From a bacterium (GTDB taxonomy: Bacteria > Patescibacteriota > Minisyncoccia > CAIUEV01), in the NCBI GenBank assembly GCA_021779915.1, contig JAJXZR010000015.1, positions 4,521-68,520 on the forward strand: a stretch of 64,000 nucleotides of DNA, written 5' to 3'. The notes beneath the pieces were generated by a model that saw only the letters and a program-made list of their open reading frames with translations, was not told where the DNA came from and searched no databases. Positions within the stretch are counted from its first letter, which is position 1; every line of letters starts with the position of its first letter. This document shows positions 16,587 through 26,581 of this stretch, one piece after another. Both the position numbers and the translations under genes were made by a program.

Positions 16587-17591
16587 TTATTGAGTGTTCG
16601 TCGCATTAAAATCAAACGAATTAACCAAATTTCCTTTGAGATCATAAAGCTCCACCGTAATTTTGTTTTTATCTACTTTTATAAGAGCGAACGTGTGATC
16701 CATGTTAAAATATTCCGCCATTCCTTTTTGAGGAGGGGTATCAATCGGAGCATCGGTATTTCCCACAATAAACTGATAAATTTTGTTTTTTGCTCCCGAA
16801 AAAACCGAATTGTCAATCAATCTGCGACTGAAAAGATGCTCGTGACCGGAAAAAACAGCCGTGACATTGTGCGAGTCTAAAATCGACCAAAGCGCGTCCC
16901 TATTTGCCGAATGGATATCAATTGAACTTCCAATTTTAGAACCTACTGGAAAAGCCGGTTCATGAAAAAAGACAAAAGTTAGCGGTTGTTTGTTTTGATC
17001 CAGATCTTTTTTTAGCCAGTCAAGCTGATCGGAACTGATATCATGCTCTTTGGGTTTTTCCGTATCTAAAACAACAAAATGGGCGTTTGCATGATCGAAA
17101 GAATAGACCATTTTAGAAAAGCCAGTCGGTCCATTTGTGGGAAGATCGAAAACCGCTTGCCAGGCTTGATCCGCCACTTTACCACCTGTTCGGTCATGGT
17201 TTCCCACTATCTCATAAGTTTTTGGCAAAATCGGTTCCATAACCTGCTTCCATTGATTATAAAGATTTTCGCACTGGTTCAAATCACTACATTTTTGGAT
17301 TAAATCTCCCACTACAAAAGTTAAATCCGGATTTTTTCCGTTTATGAGTGAAACTGCTTGTTTAAGACCATTTTGAGGATCATTATCAAAAGATTTTGTG
17401 TCTCCAATAACAGCAAAAGAAAAAACCTCCGACCCAACTTTTTGATCATTTATCCGGTTATAAACAACTGGATCAATTTTTTTATTGTAAAGAGAACTAA
17501 AAATCGTTTTTCGTAGCAAAAAAACTCCTGAAATAACCAAAATCACTGCGACTAGAGACAATACTATGATTCTTTTGTAATTCTTTGTCAT
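16587..17591 (-). CDS. Secreted metallophosphoesterase (purple-acid-phosphatase-like)
   Basis: N-terminal TM/signal. GDTK, GDLI, GNHD and GHEH motifs. Confidence 0.8.
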   Translation of the reverse strand: MTKNYKRIIVLSLVAVILVISGVFLLRKTIFSSLYNKKIDPVVYNRINDQKVGSEVFSFAVIGDTKSFDNDPQNGLKQAVSLINGKNPDLTFVVGDLIQKCSDLNQCENLYNQWKQVMEPILPKTYEIVGNHDRTGGKVADQAWQAVFDLPTNGPTGFSKMVYSFDHANAHFVVLDTEKPKEHDISSDQLDWLKKDLDQNKQPLTFVFFHEPAFPVGSKIGSSIDIHSANRDALWSILDSHNVTAVFSGHEHLFSRRLIDNSVFSGAKNKIYQFIVGNTDAPIDTPPQKGMAEYFNMDHTFALIKVDKNKITVELYDLKGNLVNSFDFNATNTQ

Positions 17592-17731
17592 TGTTTAACT
17601 TTGAAAAATAATCCAAAAGCACTTTAAAAAAGAAATCTGCCTAACCTAACTAACGTATAATCCCTTTTTAAAAACGCTTTTTAAAAACGGGGTCCCCGCC
17701 ACTTGCATAAGCAGTGGCGGGGAAAGGAAGA

Positions 17732-18133
17732 CTATTCCACCCCTTCAAACTGATGGTCTGCCCCAGTAGAATCCTGATGCCCGCCTCCCGGAAGATTTTC
17801 ATCTTTTTCCGTTTGGTCGGAAGACTCTTTTCCGTTATCATTCTCGGACGCCGTTTCATTTTGATCGGTACCGCTCTCATCTTGGATGTTGTCCGTATCC
17901 GGTCCACTCGCGTTCTCATTTCCTCCGGAAACCGAAGAATCTGTTTGATCCGCTACGTTGCTCGACGGCGTTTCCGTCGCCTGAGCTGACGTTTGTTGCT
18001 GAACCGATTGTCCCTGTGAATTCGGCACTGTAGCAGGAGTGTTGCTGTCCGCCATAACTTTATAGGCACCAGCAGCCCCCCCTCCAAGAACGAGCCCCAT
18101 CGCTAGAGCAAATAATGTTTTAGAAGTGTTCAT
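17732..18133 (-). CDS. Secreted low-complexity (Q/S/T/D/E-rich) protein
   Basis: Signal peptide MNTSKTLFALAMGLVLGGGAAGA, then a low-complexity acidic region. Confidence 0.45.
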   Translation of the reverse strand: MNTSKTLFALAMGLVLGGGAAGAYKVMADSNTPATVPNSQGQSVQQQTSAQATETPSSNVADQTDSSVSGGNENASGPDTDNIQDESGTDQNETASENDNGKESSDQTEKDENLPGGGHQDSTGADHQFEGVE

Positions 18134-18252
18134 GATTTTTAATTTAATAATTATAATTGCTTAGAAAGCAGAACAATTCAAATTCGACCTTTTGAAACCA
18201 TTCTGCTTGCTATCAATCTATCACAACAAGATGAACAAATAATGAAAAATTT

Positions 18253-19278
18253 TTAGGAAAAAATAATTTTAATTTCCGTCCCTTCTCCCAATTTGCTTTT
18301 CGCATTGATTCTAGCCCCACACCGATTGGCAATTTCTTTCACAATAGAAAGGCCGATCCCGGCTCCGCTTTTGTTTTTAGAACGAGCATCATCCGCCTTG
18401 AAGAAACGATCAAATATACGGGACAAATTTTCTTTGGAAATGCCTATACCGGTATCGGCGACCTTCAAAACTACATTCTTTTTCCTTTTTTCGAGAGAAA
18501 CAATTACTTTCCCACCCTGTTTGTTATAATCAATAGCGTTTTTGATCAAATTAGCAACCAATCTTCTGGCGTACTCTTCTTTACCTTTTACAAAAATTTC
18601 CGGCCGAACCTCTTTGACAAAAATTATGTCTTTTTCTTTGGCATAAATATTCATTGAATCCAATTGCTTTTCTACTATCTTGCTGAGGTTTATCTCGGCT
18701 AGTTCCTCATTGCTAAAATTTTCCGAACGTGCCAGAAACAAAAGATCGTTGGTTAAATTACTGAGAAAATTGATTTCCTCCAAGGAATCATGGGCAAATT
18801 TTATGTATTCTTTACTGTTTGAACCGGTAAGAAGAAAAGCTTCTACACCGGTTTTTAAGACAGTTAGAGGCGTTCTGAGTTCGTGAGCGGCGTCAGTGAC
18901 AAATTTTTTCTGTTTTTCAAAAACCGTTTCAATCGGTTTTAATGTTCTGCCGGCCAAATAATAACTAATTCCGACCACTAAGATGACAATTACCCCGTCT
19001 GTCATTAAAAGAACGGCTTGCAACTGATTTTTAGCCTTTTGGATAACTTGCAACTCAATATTTTGATTTTCTTCTTGGTCAGAACCTTCATATTCCAAAT
19101 TATTTGAAATATTCGCAGCAAAAAGACTGTAAATTATCAAATTAAAAATCAGCAAAATAAAAAAGACTCCGAAAGTGTAATAAACCGTCAGCTTCAAACG
19201 TGCCTTAAGAAACTGATTATTCCTCCATTTGGTAACCGATCCCGCGAACCGTCTTGATATATTTTTCATTTTTATCAT
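18253..19278 (-). CDS. Sensor histidine kinase
   Basis: Two TM segments. H-box HELRTPLT. N, G1 (DTGIGI) and G2 (GAGIGLSIV) boxes. Confidence 0.85.
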   Translation of the reverse strand: MIKMKNISRRFAGSVTKWRNNQFLKARLKLTVYYTFGVFFILLIFNLIIYSLFAANISNNLEYEGSDQEENQNIELQVIQKAKNQLQAVLLMTDGVIVILVVGISYYLAGRTLKPIETVFEKQKKFVTDAAHELRTPLTVLKTGVEAFLLTGSNSKEYIKFAHDSLEEINFLSNLTNDLLFLARSENFSNEELAEINLSKIVEKQLDSMNIYAKEKDIIFVKEVRPEIFVKGKEEYARRLVANLIKNAIDYNKQGGKVIVSLEKRKKNVVLKVADTGIGISKENLSRIFDRFFKADDARSKNKSGAGIGLSIVKEIANRCGARINAKSKLGEGTEIKIIFS

Positions 19279-19882
19279 CTAATTTTCTGCGTAATTGTTT
19301 AATATAAACGTCTACGATGTTGGAAAAAGAATCAAAGGCAAAGTCCCAGCAATGTTCCAAAATTTGTTCCCGACCAAGAACTTGCCCCTTATTCCTAACC
19401 AAATATTCCAAGACGGCATATTCTTTAAGAGTAAGTTGCAACTCCGTTTTGCCTTTTTTAATTGTGTGTTTGGAATTATCGACAGCTACATCCTGAGCCT
19501 GTAAAATTTCCGTCGTTTTATCTTTTGGTCGGCGAAGAAGAGCTCTCACCCTAGCTGAAAGTTCGGCAAGCTCAAATGGCTTTGTTAGATAATCATCCGC
19601 CCCGCTGTCCAAACCTTTCACCTTGTCATCCGTTTCTTCTCTGGCAGTTAGCAGAATAATTGGCATATTGACATTGCGTTTTCTTAGATTTTTGCAAACC
19701 GCAAAACCATCTTTTTTGGGCAACATTATGTCAAGAATAACCAAATCATACTCTCCAAAAGACGCTCGCTTTTCGCCCATTTCACCATCATAAACGCAAT
19801 CAACGCAGTAGCTCTCTTGCTTTAGGGCTTTCTTAATATAACCAGCCAACTTTTGATTATCTTCAACAATGAGTATTCTCAT
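19217..19882 (-). CDS. OmpR-family response regulator
   Basis: Receiver domain (MRILIVEDN, DLVILDIMLP) plus winged-helix domain (TVRGIGYQ). Overlaps the kinase gene. Confidence 0.9.
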   Translation of the reverse strand: MRILIVEDNQKLAGYIKKALKQESYCVDCVYDGEMGEKRASFGEYDLVILDIMLPKKDGFAVCKNLRKRNVNMPIILLTAREETDDKVKGLDSGADDYLTKPFELAELSARVRALLRRPKDKTTEILQAQDVAVDNSKHTIKKGKTELQLTLKEYAVLEYLVRNKGQVLGREQILEHCWDFAFDSFSNIVDVYIKQLRRKLDDKNEKYIKTVRGIGYQMEE

Positions 19883-19977
19883 AACACATTCATTTTAAAC
19901 CAAATTTATGAATATTGTATGAAAAAAATTGTTTATAAAAAAACACCGATTGTTTTACAATCGGTGTTATATTTGAA

Positions 19978-20931
19978 CTAAAAATATCGAGAAAGAGATA
20001 CGTTGATCTTGGTTCCATTTGGAAAGTCTGGCTCAAACCAAGCATCTCCTCCGTGAAGCTCTGCAATCTCTTTGACCGTGGCAAGTCCGATGCCCGACCC
20101 AGCAATTCCTTCCGAATTATTACATCTTTCGAAAATCAAAAACATTTTGTCAGGATCATCAGAATTAACTCCAACTCCATTGTCGGAAACCGAAAAAATG
20201 TGATGATCGATCGCTTTCTTGTAATCAATTCTTATTTCGCTAAGACTATCTCCACCATATTTCAGTGCGTTATCGACTAGATTACGGAACAGCCTGACAA
20301 GGGACATCCTGTCAGTTTTTCTGATTATAATGGGATCTTTAGGCAGTATCAATCTCACTTTTCCGGCGTTCATTTTAGAGGAAAATTCATCCCGAATTAT
20401 TCGGAAAACTTCTCCCACATCTACTCTTTCAATCTTGAGAGGGATCTCTTTGGCTTCCATGTACTCATTAACCATTCTTATCAGATCAGCACTGGTTTCC
20501 GCCGACCTTATTATGGCATCGCAGACAGCGCTTCCTTCTTCATCCAACTCAGATCCGTACTTTCTCTTGAGACGTTTCGCCAATCCTGCTTGAGCAACCG
20601 CCGGACTTTTTAAATCATGCACGATAGAATGAGCAAACCGCCTGAAATTTTCCGCGTTTTTGCTGATTATTTCCTCTCTTTTTATAATTTGTTCAACTAA
20701 CCATCGAACAAAGAAGGCTGTGGAAAAAAATGCGGAAATAATGACAAGTCTCATCCAGGTTTCGTCAGGAGTTATGTAAACAAAGTTTTTTATAAAACCC
20801 CCTCCATCAAAAACATAAGCATCCATAAAGGTTTCCAAAAACCAATAAAATAAAGTTGCTCCCAAGGCAAGCAAATATATTCTCTTGGTGGAAAACCAGG
20901 CTTCAACCATTTTCATCATTTCTTTATCCAT
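19978..20931 (-). CDS. Sensor histidine kinase (orphan)
   Basis: HisKA HDLKSPAV. HATPase DNGVGV / GSGIGLATV. N-terminal TMs. Confidence 0.8.
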   Translation of the reverse strand: MDKEMMKMVEAWFSTKRIYLLALGATLFYWFLETFMDAYVFDGGGFIKNFVYITPDETWMRLVIISAFFSTAFFVRWLVEQIIKREEIISKNAENFRRFAHSIVHDLKSPAVAQAGLAKRLKRKYGSELDEEGSAVCDAIIRSAETSADLIRMVNEYMEAKEIPLKIERVDVGEVFRIIRDEFSSKMNAGKVRLILPKDPIIIRKTDRMSLVRLFRNLVDNALKYGGDSLSEIRIDYKKAIDHHIFSVSDNGVGVNSDDPDKMFLIFERCNNSEGIAGSGIGLATVKEIAELHGGDAWFEPDFPNGTKINVSLSRYF

Positions 20932-21053
20932 AAAAACTCCTGCCTCCTTTGTCGTTTTTTGAAAAAAGAAAACCCCAAAAAGTTCGCCTTTTTGTTAAAG
21001 TTCTTTTAAGTTTAGTACGTAATTACGCCCAATTTTATGCCTTTTTTGAAATC

Positions 21054-22322
21054 TCAAGTAAAAATTGTGGCTAAGATGAGAGCCATTGCGCAAAATCCCA
21101 TAAAAACAGTTATCGCCCAACCAAAAATATTGGAAAGGGAAGAGTTTGAGTATTCTCCCATAATTTTTTTATTATTGGAAACAAACATGATGATTACCAT
21201 CAAAGCGGGGGCACAGACACCGTTGAAAACAGCGGTATAGTAAAGAAGTTTGAAAGGTGGGATCGGTGTTAAATTGATAAGAAGACCGATTAAAGTGGCA
21301 AAGATAATAATTCCATAGAATCCATGAGCTTTCTTAAAAGGACGATAAAGTCCCTCTTTCCATCCTAAAATTTCTGAAAGCGCATAAGAAGCCGAACCGG
21401 CTAGAACTGGCACTGCAAGGAGCCCAATTCCTACAATTCCCATAGTAAAAAGAAGGTAAGCGAAATTACCGGCAAGCGGACGAAGAGCCTCAGCTGCCTG
21501 ATCGGCTGTTTGAATATCTTTTATTCCGTGCATTCCTAAGGTAGAAGCGGTTGCCACAATAATAAAAAACATCGCCATATTGGAAAAAAACATTCCAAAA
21601 AAAGTATCAACTCGAAGGTCATGAATATTCTTTTTATTAATTTTTGGTGTCGCACACCCCATACTGCTCAACTTGTGGCATTCAATCTCTTCCTCCACTT
21701 CTTCACTAGCTTGCCAAAAAAACAAATAGGGAGAAATAGTTGTCCCGAGAATGGCTACAATATTCAAAAGGTATTCTTTTTTAAAAGAAAAGGTGGGAAT
21801 AAAAGTATCGTGTAAAATATGTTTCCAGTTCTCATTGACAATAAAAGCTACTATCACATAAGTTAGAAGAGATAAGCCAAAATATTTTAAAATTCTAGAA
21901 TATATTCTGTAAGGAATAAAAACTTGTAAAATAAGAGTTAGCGCCGTTATCGAGAACAACCAAAAAATAAAATTAACGCCCGCCAACATTTTCATTGAAG
22001 CCGCCATCGCTCCTAAGTCCGCCCCTATATTGAAAGTGTTAGCTAGAAGAACAAGAATGACGGCAAAATACAGCACTTTTTTGGAATAGTGCTCTTTGAT
22101 CACTTTAGACAAGCCTTTTCCTGTAACCAAACCGATTCTTCCGCATATTTCCTGAATAACCAGCATAAAAGGGAAAGAAAAAAAGGCCGTCCACAACTGG
22201 GAAAACCCAAACTGAGCCCCCGTCTGGGAATAGGTTCCAATCCCCGAAGGATCATCATCTGAAGCTCCCGTAACGAATCCCGGACCGATAGACTTTAGAA
22301 TTTTTTTTATTTTTTTCATCAT
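21054..22322 (-). CDS. mntH: NRAMP-family divalent metal (Mn2+/Fe2+) transporter
   Basis: GPGFVTGASDDDPSGIGTYSQTGAQFGF (NRAMP consensus transport motif) and about 11 TMs. Confidence 0.85.
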   Translation of the reverse strand: MMKKIKKILKSIGPGFVTGASDDDPSGIGTYSQTGAQFGFSQLWTAFFSFPFMLVIQEICGRIGLVTGKGLSKVIKEHYSKKVLYFAVILVLLANTFNIGADLGAMAASMKMLAGVNFIFWLFSITALTLILQVFIPYRIYSRILKYFGLSLLTYVIVAFIVNENWKHILHDTFIPTFSFKKEYLLNIVAILGTTISPYLFFWQASEEVEEEIECHKLSSMGCATPKINKKNIHDLRVDTFFGMFFSNMAMFFIIVATASTLGMHGIKDIQTADQAAEALRPLAGNFAYLLFTMGIVGIGLLAVPVLAGSASYALSEILGWKEGLYRPFKKAHGFYGIIIFATLIGLLINLTPIPPFKLLYYTAVFNGVCAPALMVIIMFVSNNKKIMGEYSNSSLSNIFGWAITVFMGFCAMALILATIFT

Positions 22323-22378
22323 TTTTATTTTGTATTGAAAGTGAGTGGGTAGATTAATTTAACATGATTTTTAAAGAC

Positions 22379-22409
22379 GTGTCATCCCGGGTCAAGCCCG
22401 GGATGACAC
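22379..22409. repeat. Solo palindromic hairpin unit of the MITE family (gtgtcatcccgggtcaagcccgggatgacac)
   Basis: A 31-bp perfect palindrome identical to the fused termini of the long elements. Confidence 0.6.
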
Positions 22410-22444
22410 ATTAACTGAAAGGTCTGCAACCACAATATTTCACC

Positions 22445-23560
22445 TTATTTAAACTCAATCTCTACAATCTCTGGGTCAGCCCCCAGCCTCATTGGAGGAC
22501 CCCAAGTGCCAGTACCGGTTGAAGTGTAAACCAACAGATTTCCCAGTTTATGCAATCCCGATTCATATCCGTAAAAAATCAATTTAGAAATGTAATTCAT
22601 CGGGAACATCTGTCCTCCATGGGAATGACCGGAAATTTGGAAGGAGATTCCCGCTTTTTCCGCTTCTTCTACATAAAAGGGCGAGTGCTTTAAGAGAATC
22701 GAAGGTTTATTCGGGTCTATTTTTAGACTCTCCAACACTTTTTTATATTGTTCCCGGCTTGAGGTATCCCGATAGTCCACTCCGATTAGTTGTAGTCCAG
22801 AAATATCAACCATTTCGTTATTTAAAATTTTCATATTAACTTTTCTGGCCGCATCCAAGTATTTTTGGTTGCCATCGAATTCTTCATGATTTCCTGTAAC
22901 ATAATAGACACCAAGCGAAGCCTTAAGCCCCAGAAATGGGGCTGAAACTTTATCAAGATTAGTGTCTGCTCCATCATAAAGATCTCCGCCAACGAAAACT
23001 ATATCCGGATTTATTTCGTTGATTTTTTGGGTAACTTCCTTGGCAAATTTTTCGCCTCGAACCTGCCCCAGATGAACGTCACTGATCCAAACTGCTTTTT
23101 TCCCTTGCCAAGACTGGGGAAGATTCAGAAGCGTAATATCCAGATTTTTAGTTCTTATGTCATTGGCGTTAACAGTCGAATAGGCCGCCAAGACCACTGC
23201 GAACGAAAACAAGGTCCCGATAATAATTTTTGGATTAAACCCCAAGGAAAATTTCTCGCCCAGCAAATTTACCCCCCAAGCGACAGCACAAGCAAAAAAC
23301 AGAAAAAATAACAACCCTACCCAATAAAAAGTCAGGTTATAAAACACTTTCACTGCCGTGCTTTGATACCGAGAAGAGAGTAGGGAAGCAATGATAAAGG
23401 TAGTACTTAAAAAGCCAAAAACTATTTTCAAATAAAAAACCGTTTCTTTGCTTTCGATACTAAAAAACTTAACAATCGTCTTAAAAACAAAAAAATGGCA
23501 AAGATACAATATCGCCTGGATAACAATGAGAATAACAATGAATAGGAGGTAAAGCATCAA
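22445..23560 (-). CDS. Membrane-anchored metallophosphoesterase (YkuE-like)
   Basis: N-terminal multi-TM region, then ISDVHLG, GGDLYDG, GNHE and GHSHGGQ motifs. Confidence 0.8.
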   Translation of the reverse strand: MMLYLLFIVILIVIQAILYLCHFFVFKTIVKFFSIESKETVFYLKIVFGFLSTTFIIASLLSSRYQSTAVKVFYNLTFYWVGLLFFLFFACAVAWGVNLLGEKFSLGFNPKIIIGTLFSFAVVLAAYSTVNANDIRTKNLDITLLNLPQSWQGKKAVWISDVHLGQVRGEKFAKEVTQKINEINPDIVFVGGDLYDGADTNLDKVSAPFLGLKASLGVYYVTGNHEEFDGNQKYLDAARKVNMKILNNEMVDISGLQLIGVDYRDTSSREQYKKVLESLKIDPNKPSILLKHSPFYVEEAEKAGISFQISGHSHGGQMFPMNYISKLIFYGYESGLHKLGNLLVYTSTGTGTWGPPMRLGADPEIVEIEFK

Positions 23561-23678
23561 ATTCTAATTAATTGTCTGAGTATGATTTCAAAACGATATT
23601 TTTTAGTCTACTGGAAAAAATTAAAAAAAGGAATTTTTTGCTAAAAAAATAATCTTTCGTTAGTGTTGAAAAGTTGTT

Positions 23679-24203
23679 TTGAAGTATTTCATAATATTTC
23701 TCAGAACAATACTTCTAAAAGGAGGAGAAATGCCGGCTTTTAAAAATTCGACTTTCAGAATTGATTCTTTCTGCTCGCATACTTGCGACCATCTTATCGT
23801 TCTTTGTAGCGATTTCCGCTTTGGAAAAGCTAATTTAAAATTTCTCAAGGAGGAGGGGATCGATGTTTATGACGAAATCAGGATTCCCGGAGGAATCAAG
23901 AGCTTGGTAGACTCAATCGGCAGTTTTATAGATGAAGAGTCTTTTGTTTTTAATTGGATAAAATTTTTCCATTTCAAACACAAAGTCCGATTAGTCCACC
24001 TTGTTTCTCACGCGAACTGTGGCAAATACATTGCAGATGGAATTGTTTTTGATGACGACGAAGCAGAAGAGCTCTTCCACAGAAGACAACTTTTCGTCGC
24101 CGGAGGATTTCTGGAGCAATCTTTTCCAAAAATCAGGACTTTTCTGCATTACGCCAAAATGTCAAAAAACCGAAAAAAAGTCGAGTATGTCAAAGTCGAA
24201 TAA
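23679..24203 (+). CDS. Beta-class carbonic-anhydrase-like protein
   Basis: LCSDFRF (CxDxR), IRIPGG and VSHANCGKY (HxxCG) follow the beta-carbonic-anhydrase zinc-ligand pattern. An alternative start is MPAFKN at 23727, preceded by aggaggag. Confidence 0.45.
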   Translation: MKYFIIFLRTILLKGGEMPAFKNSTFRIDSFCSHTCDHLIVLCSDFRFGKANLKFLKEEGIDVYDEIRIPGGIKSLVDSIGSFIDEESFVFNWIKFFHFKHKVRLVHLVSHANCGKYIADGIVFDDDEAEELFHRRQLFVAGGFLEQSFPKIRTFLHYAKMSKNRKKVEYVKVE

Positions 24204-24211
24204 ATCAAAGC

Positions 24212-24236
24212 AAAAAGAGCGGGAACCCGCTCTTTT
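24212..24236. terminator. Bidirectional rho-independent terminator
   Basis: aaaaagagcgggaacccgctctttt hairpin between convergent genes. Confidence 0.55.
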
Positions 24237-24480
24237 AAAATTTCTTGTAAGTTTTTTCTGATCTGCGTTCGATTGCTAGAACAAATATTTTTTTATTTTG
24301 GTCTTTCTTAAAAATAATTCGAATATTTCCTTTTCTTATTCTAAAAATATCTTGATTGCCTCTCAATCTTTTTATATCAAGACCGAAGTAAGCATTATTT
24401 TTTATCAAGACCAGGATTTTTCTTACTTGGATTTTTTCCTTCGAATTCAATTTCTGCAGAGCTTTAGTTATTTTATCCAT
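24235..24480 (-). CDS. RelE/ParE-family type II toxin
   Basis: 81 aa. ...DIFRIRKGNIRIIFKKDQNKKIFVLAIERRSEKTY matches the RelE pattern (YRLVY.ID...V.V..I..R....Y). Confidence 0.6.
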   Translation of the reverse strand: MDKITKALQKLNSKEKIQVRKILVLIKNNAYFGLDIKRLRGNQDIFRIRKGNIRIIFKKDQNKKIFVLAIERRSEKTYKKF

Positions 24481-24482
24481 AA

Positions 24483-24713
24483 TTAAAGTCGGGATAAAAG
24501 ATCATCTATTTCCACTCCGCCTTTCTGAATTTTGGTAAAATCCAAAACTTCTTCCCACTGCTCCTCGGAAGGGGGACTGATTTTAAAAATAGGTTTTAAG
24601 TGTCTGAGCACAAGAAAAGATTCTCCTTTTGAAACCCTTTTTACATATTTTTCAGTATTCTCACGAAGATCTCTAAGTCCAACAACATTGTTCATTCTTT
24701 TTATGTTAATCAT
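24483..24713 (-). CDS. Phd/YefM-like antitoxin
   Basis: 76 aa. VGLRDLRENTEKYVKRVSKGESFLVLRHLKPIFKI. Separated from the toxin by a 2-nt gap. Confidence 0.55.
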   Translation of the reverse strand: MINIKRMNNVVGLRDLRENTEKYVKRVSKGESFLVLRHLKPIFKISPPSEEQWEEVLDFTKIQKGGVEIDDLLSRL

Positions 24714-24717
24714 TAGT

Positions 24718-25932
24718 TTAACAAAAGATTAACATATTTTTGTAAGCTGTCAAAAAAACGAGGAGTTTAGTGGCAAGTAAAAAGTTGCAAATTACAAAAA
24801 TTTTTCTTTCCACTTTTAGCTTGCTACTTGCAACTAATTTCCCCACTATCTTCCTTCTCAATCTAAACGTATTCGCCTGTTCAAACATTCCATAATAAGA
24901 ACAAAAACCGCAGAAAGCCTTTCTTTTTTGTTGTGCTGAAATTTCTCCAAGTCTTGAAATCTTTATCCATTCTTCCAGCTTTTTATAAGCGTTTCCCTTG
25001 GTTCGATTTTTTATATACACCCTGTAAGGCAAAATGATTCGACCAAGAAACATCACTCCCTTGCTGTAGTGTTGAAGATAAAATTTTTTTCGATGGAGGT
25101 GAAGGAATAGATTGTTGCTGAGATATTCATCCAGAACAGGGAAAAATAGTTTTAGAAAATCCTTGTCTTCGTGAACAAACAGAAGATCGTCGACATATCG
25201 ACCGTAATATTTACATCCCAGAATATTTTTAATGAAATGATCAAAATCATTGAGATAAATGTTGGCAAAAAGTTGGGAGGTCAGGTTTCCGATTGGCAAG
25301 CCTCTGTCTTTTTCTGAAAAAAACAAGCTTTTTGATTTGGGAAGGCCAACCCAGTTTTCCTTTCTTCCTTTAACGACACAGTTTTTGGTTGGGTCGTTGA
25401 AAAGGACTTTTCGTGTAAGCCAGAGGACCAGTTCTTTGTCAAAACCAATCCTGAATTCAAATTTTTTAAGAATTTTCTCAATTTTTTCAAAAAGAATGTT
25501 CTTGTCGATTGACATAAAATAGCCTGAGATGTCGAGTTTCAGAATGTAGCAGTTCTGTTGATAATTTTTTGAGCAGGAACGGATAAAATGCTCCGCTCTT
25601 TTTCCACCACAAGAAGTCCCTCTACCGAAACGGCAACTGTAACTGTCGTTTATAAAAATCCTTTCACAAAGGGGATTGAGATAGTTGAAAATCAAATGGT
25701 GGACAATTCGGTCACGGAAATCACCGGCAAAAATTTCTCTTTTGACCGGAGAGAAAGAAACAAAACAAATGCTTCGGGAAATCTCATATTTCCGACTAAC
25801 AATTTCCTTGTAAAGTCGAAAAAGTTCCTTTTCATAATTAAGTTCAAACCTTATGGCGCTTGCAGTTTTTCTCTTGTGCTTCCGCGCATCGAAGTAAGCT
25901 TGGAAAAGATCGAGGAGGAGTTGGGGAGGCAT
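24718..25932 (-). CDS. Diversity-generating retroelement (DGR) reverse transcriptase
   Basis: RT motif 3 KLDISGYFMSID, motif 4 GLPIGNLTSQLFANIYL (DGR-specific IGxxxSQ in place of QGxxxSP), motif 5 GRYVDDLLFV, motif 2 SCRFGRGT. The likely true start is MPPQ at 25932; the ORF-track start at 25971 lies inside an octamer repeat. Confidence 0.85.
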   Translation of the reverse strand: MPPQLLLDLFQAYFDARKHKRKTASAIRFELNYEKELFRLYKEIVSRKYEISRSICFVSFSPVKREIFAGDFRDRIVHHLIFNYLNPLCERIFINDSYSCRFGRGTSCGGKRAEHFIRSCSKNYQQNCYILKLDISGYFMSIDKNILFEKIEKILKKFEFRIGFDKELVLWLTRKVLFNDPTKNCVVKGRKENWVGLPKSKSLFFSEKDRGLPIGNLTSQLFANIYLNDFDHFIKNILGCKYYGRYVDDLLFVHEDKDFLKLFFPVLDEYLSNNLFLHLHRKKFYLQHYSKGVMFLGRIILPYRVYIKNRTKGNAYKKLEEWIKISRLGEISAQQKRKAFCGFCSYYGMFEQANTFRLRRKIVGKLVASSKLKVERKIFVICNFLLATKLLVFLTAYKNMLIFC

Positions 25933-26105
25933 AGATAGATGAGTAGCAAGTAGGAAAGTAGCAAGTAGCAAGAATTATGAGAGTTGCAAGTTGCAAGTTG
26001 CAAGTTGCAAGTTGCAAGAAAAAATTCTTGTTACTTATTACTTGTTACTTTTTCTCTTGCTACTTGTTACTTGTTACTTGCCACTTGTCATACTTGCTAC
26101 TAATT
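25933..26105. repeat. Octamer tandem-repeat array (GTAGCAAG/GTTGCAAG x ~9 followed by CTTGTTAC/CTTGCTAC x ~8) forming an imperfect long hairpin
   Basis: agtagcaagtaggaaagtagcaagtagcaag...gttgcaag x5 ... cttgttacttattacttgttac...cttgctacttgttacttgttacttgccacttg. Lies between the RT start and the TR. Confidence 0.6.
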
Positions 26106-26143
26106 TCCGGGCTCCTCCCCTTACGGTGAGGAAGCATTTTTGT

Positions 26144-26326
26144 CAGTGCTTGAGGCAACGAACCGAAAAGCCGTTCGCCTTCGAATTCAGGTTCCGATTG
26201 ACCGTGGCGTTACTCGAATTCAGATTGCGATTCCATGCGGACGTACCACTGGGGGAAGACGACCAAAAGTTGGCGTTCGTCCCGAGATTGGCAAAGGAGC
26301 CATCGGTATTGCGGTTGCCGGCTAGC
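26144..26326 (-). other. DGR template repeat (TR)
   Basis: 183 bp, about 88% identical to 27047-27229. In coding sense every non-synonymous mismatch lies at an A of an AAC/AAT (Asn) codon in this copy. Confidence 0.85.
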
Positions 26327-26581
26327 GCTATAATAATCATTAAACTATTTACCCTTTGCCAAAGGCAAAAAATAAACGAGACCTTGCTGGGAAAGACCTC
26401 CATACCTCGCTTAAAGTTCGTCTAAACGAGAAGATTATTGGACTGACGAAATGGCACTCTTACCTGCGCCGTAGCAACAAGCAACTCCGGCCCGAACGAG
26501 TAACAAGTAAAGAAAGTTGCAAGTTACAAGAAGAAAGTAGTAAGTTGCAAGAATTATGAGAGTTGCAAGAAAAAATTCTTG

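Noticed and set aside
17668-17989. ORFs 17668..17919- and 17714..17989+ overlapping the secreted low-complexity protein gene
   Set aside because: They are overlapped by the 17732..18133 frame, which has a clear signal peptide. The alternative frames are low complexity, basic or Arg-rich, which is typical of mistranslation of repetitive coding DNA.
26143-26403. 86-aa ORF across the template repeat, which translates as a C-terminal FISUMP fragment rich in Asn
   Set aside because: It is the TR itself, a non-coding template copy of the VR. It has no signal peptide or upstream domain. It reads open only because it is a copy of coding sequence.
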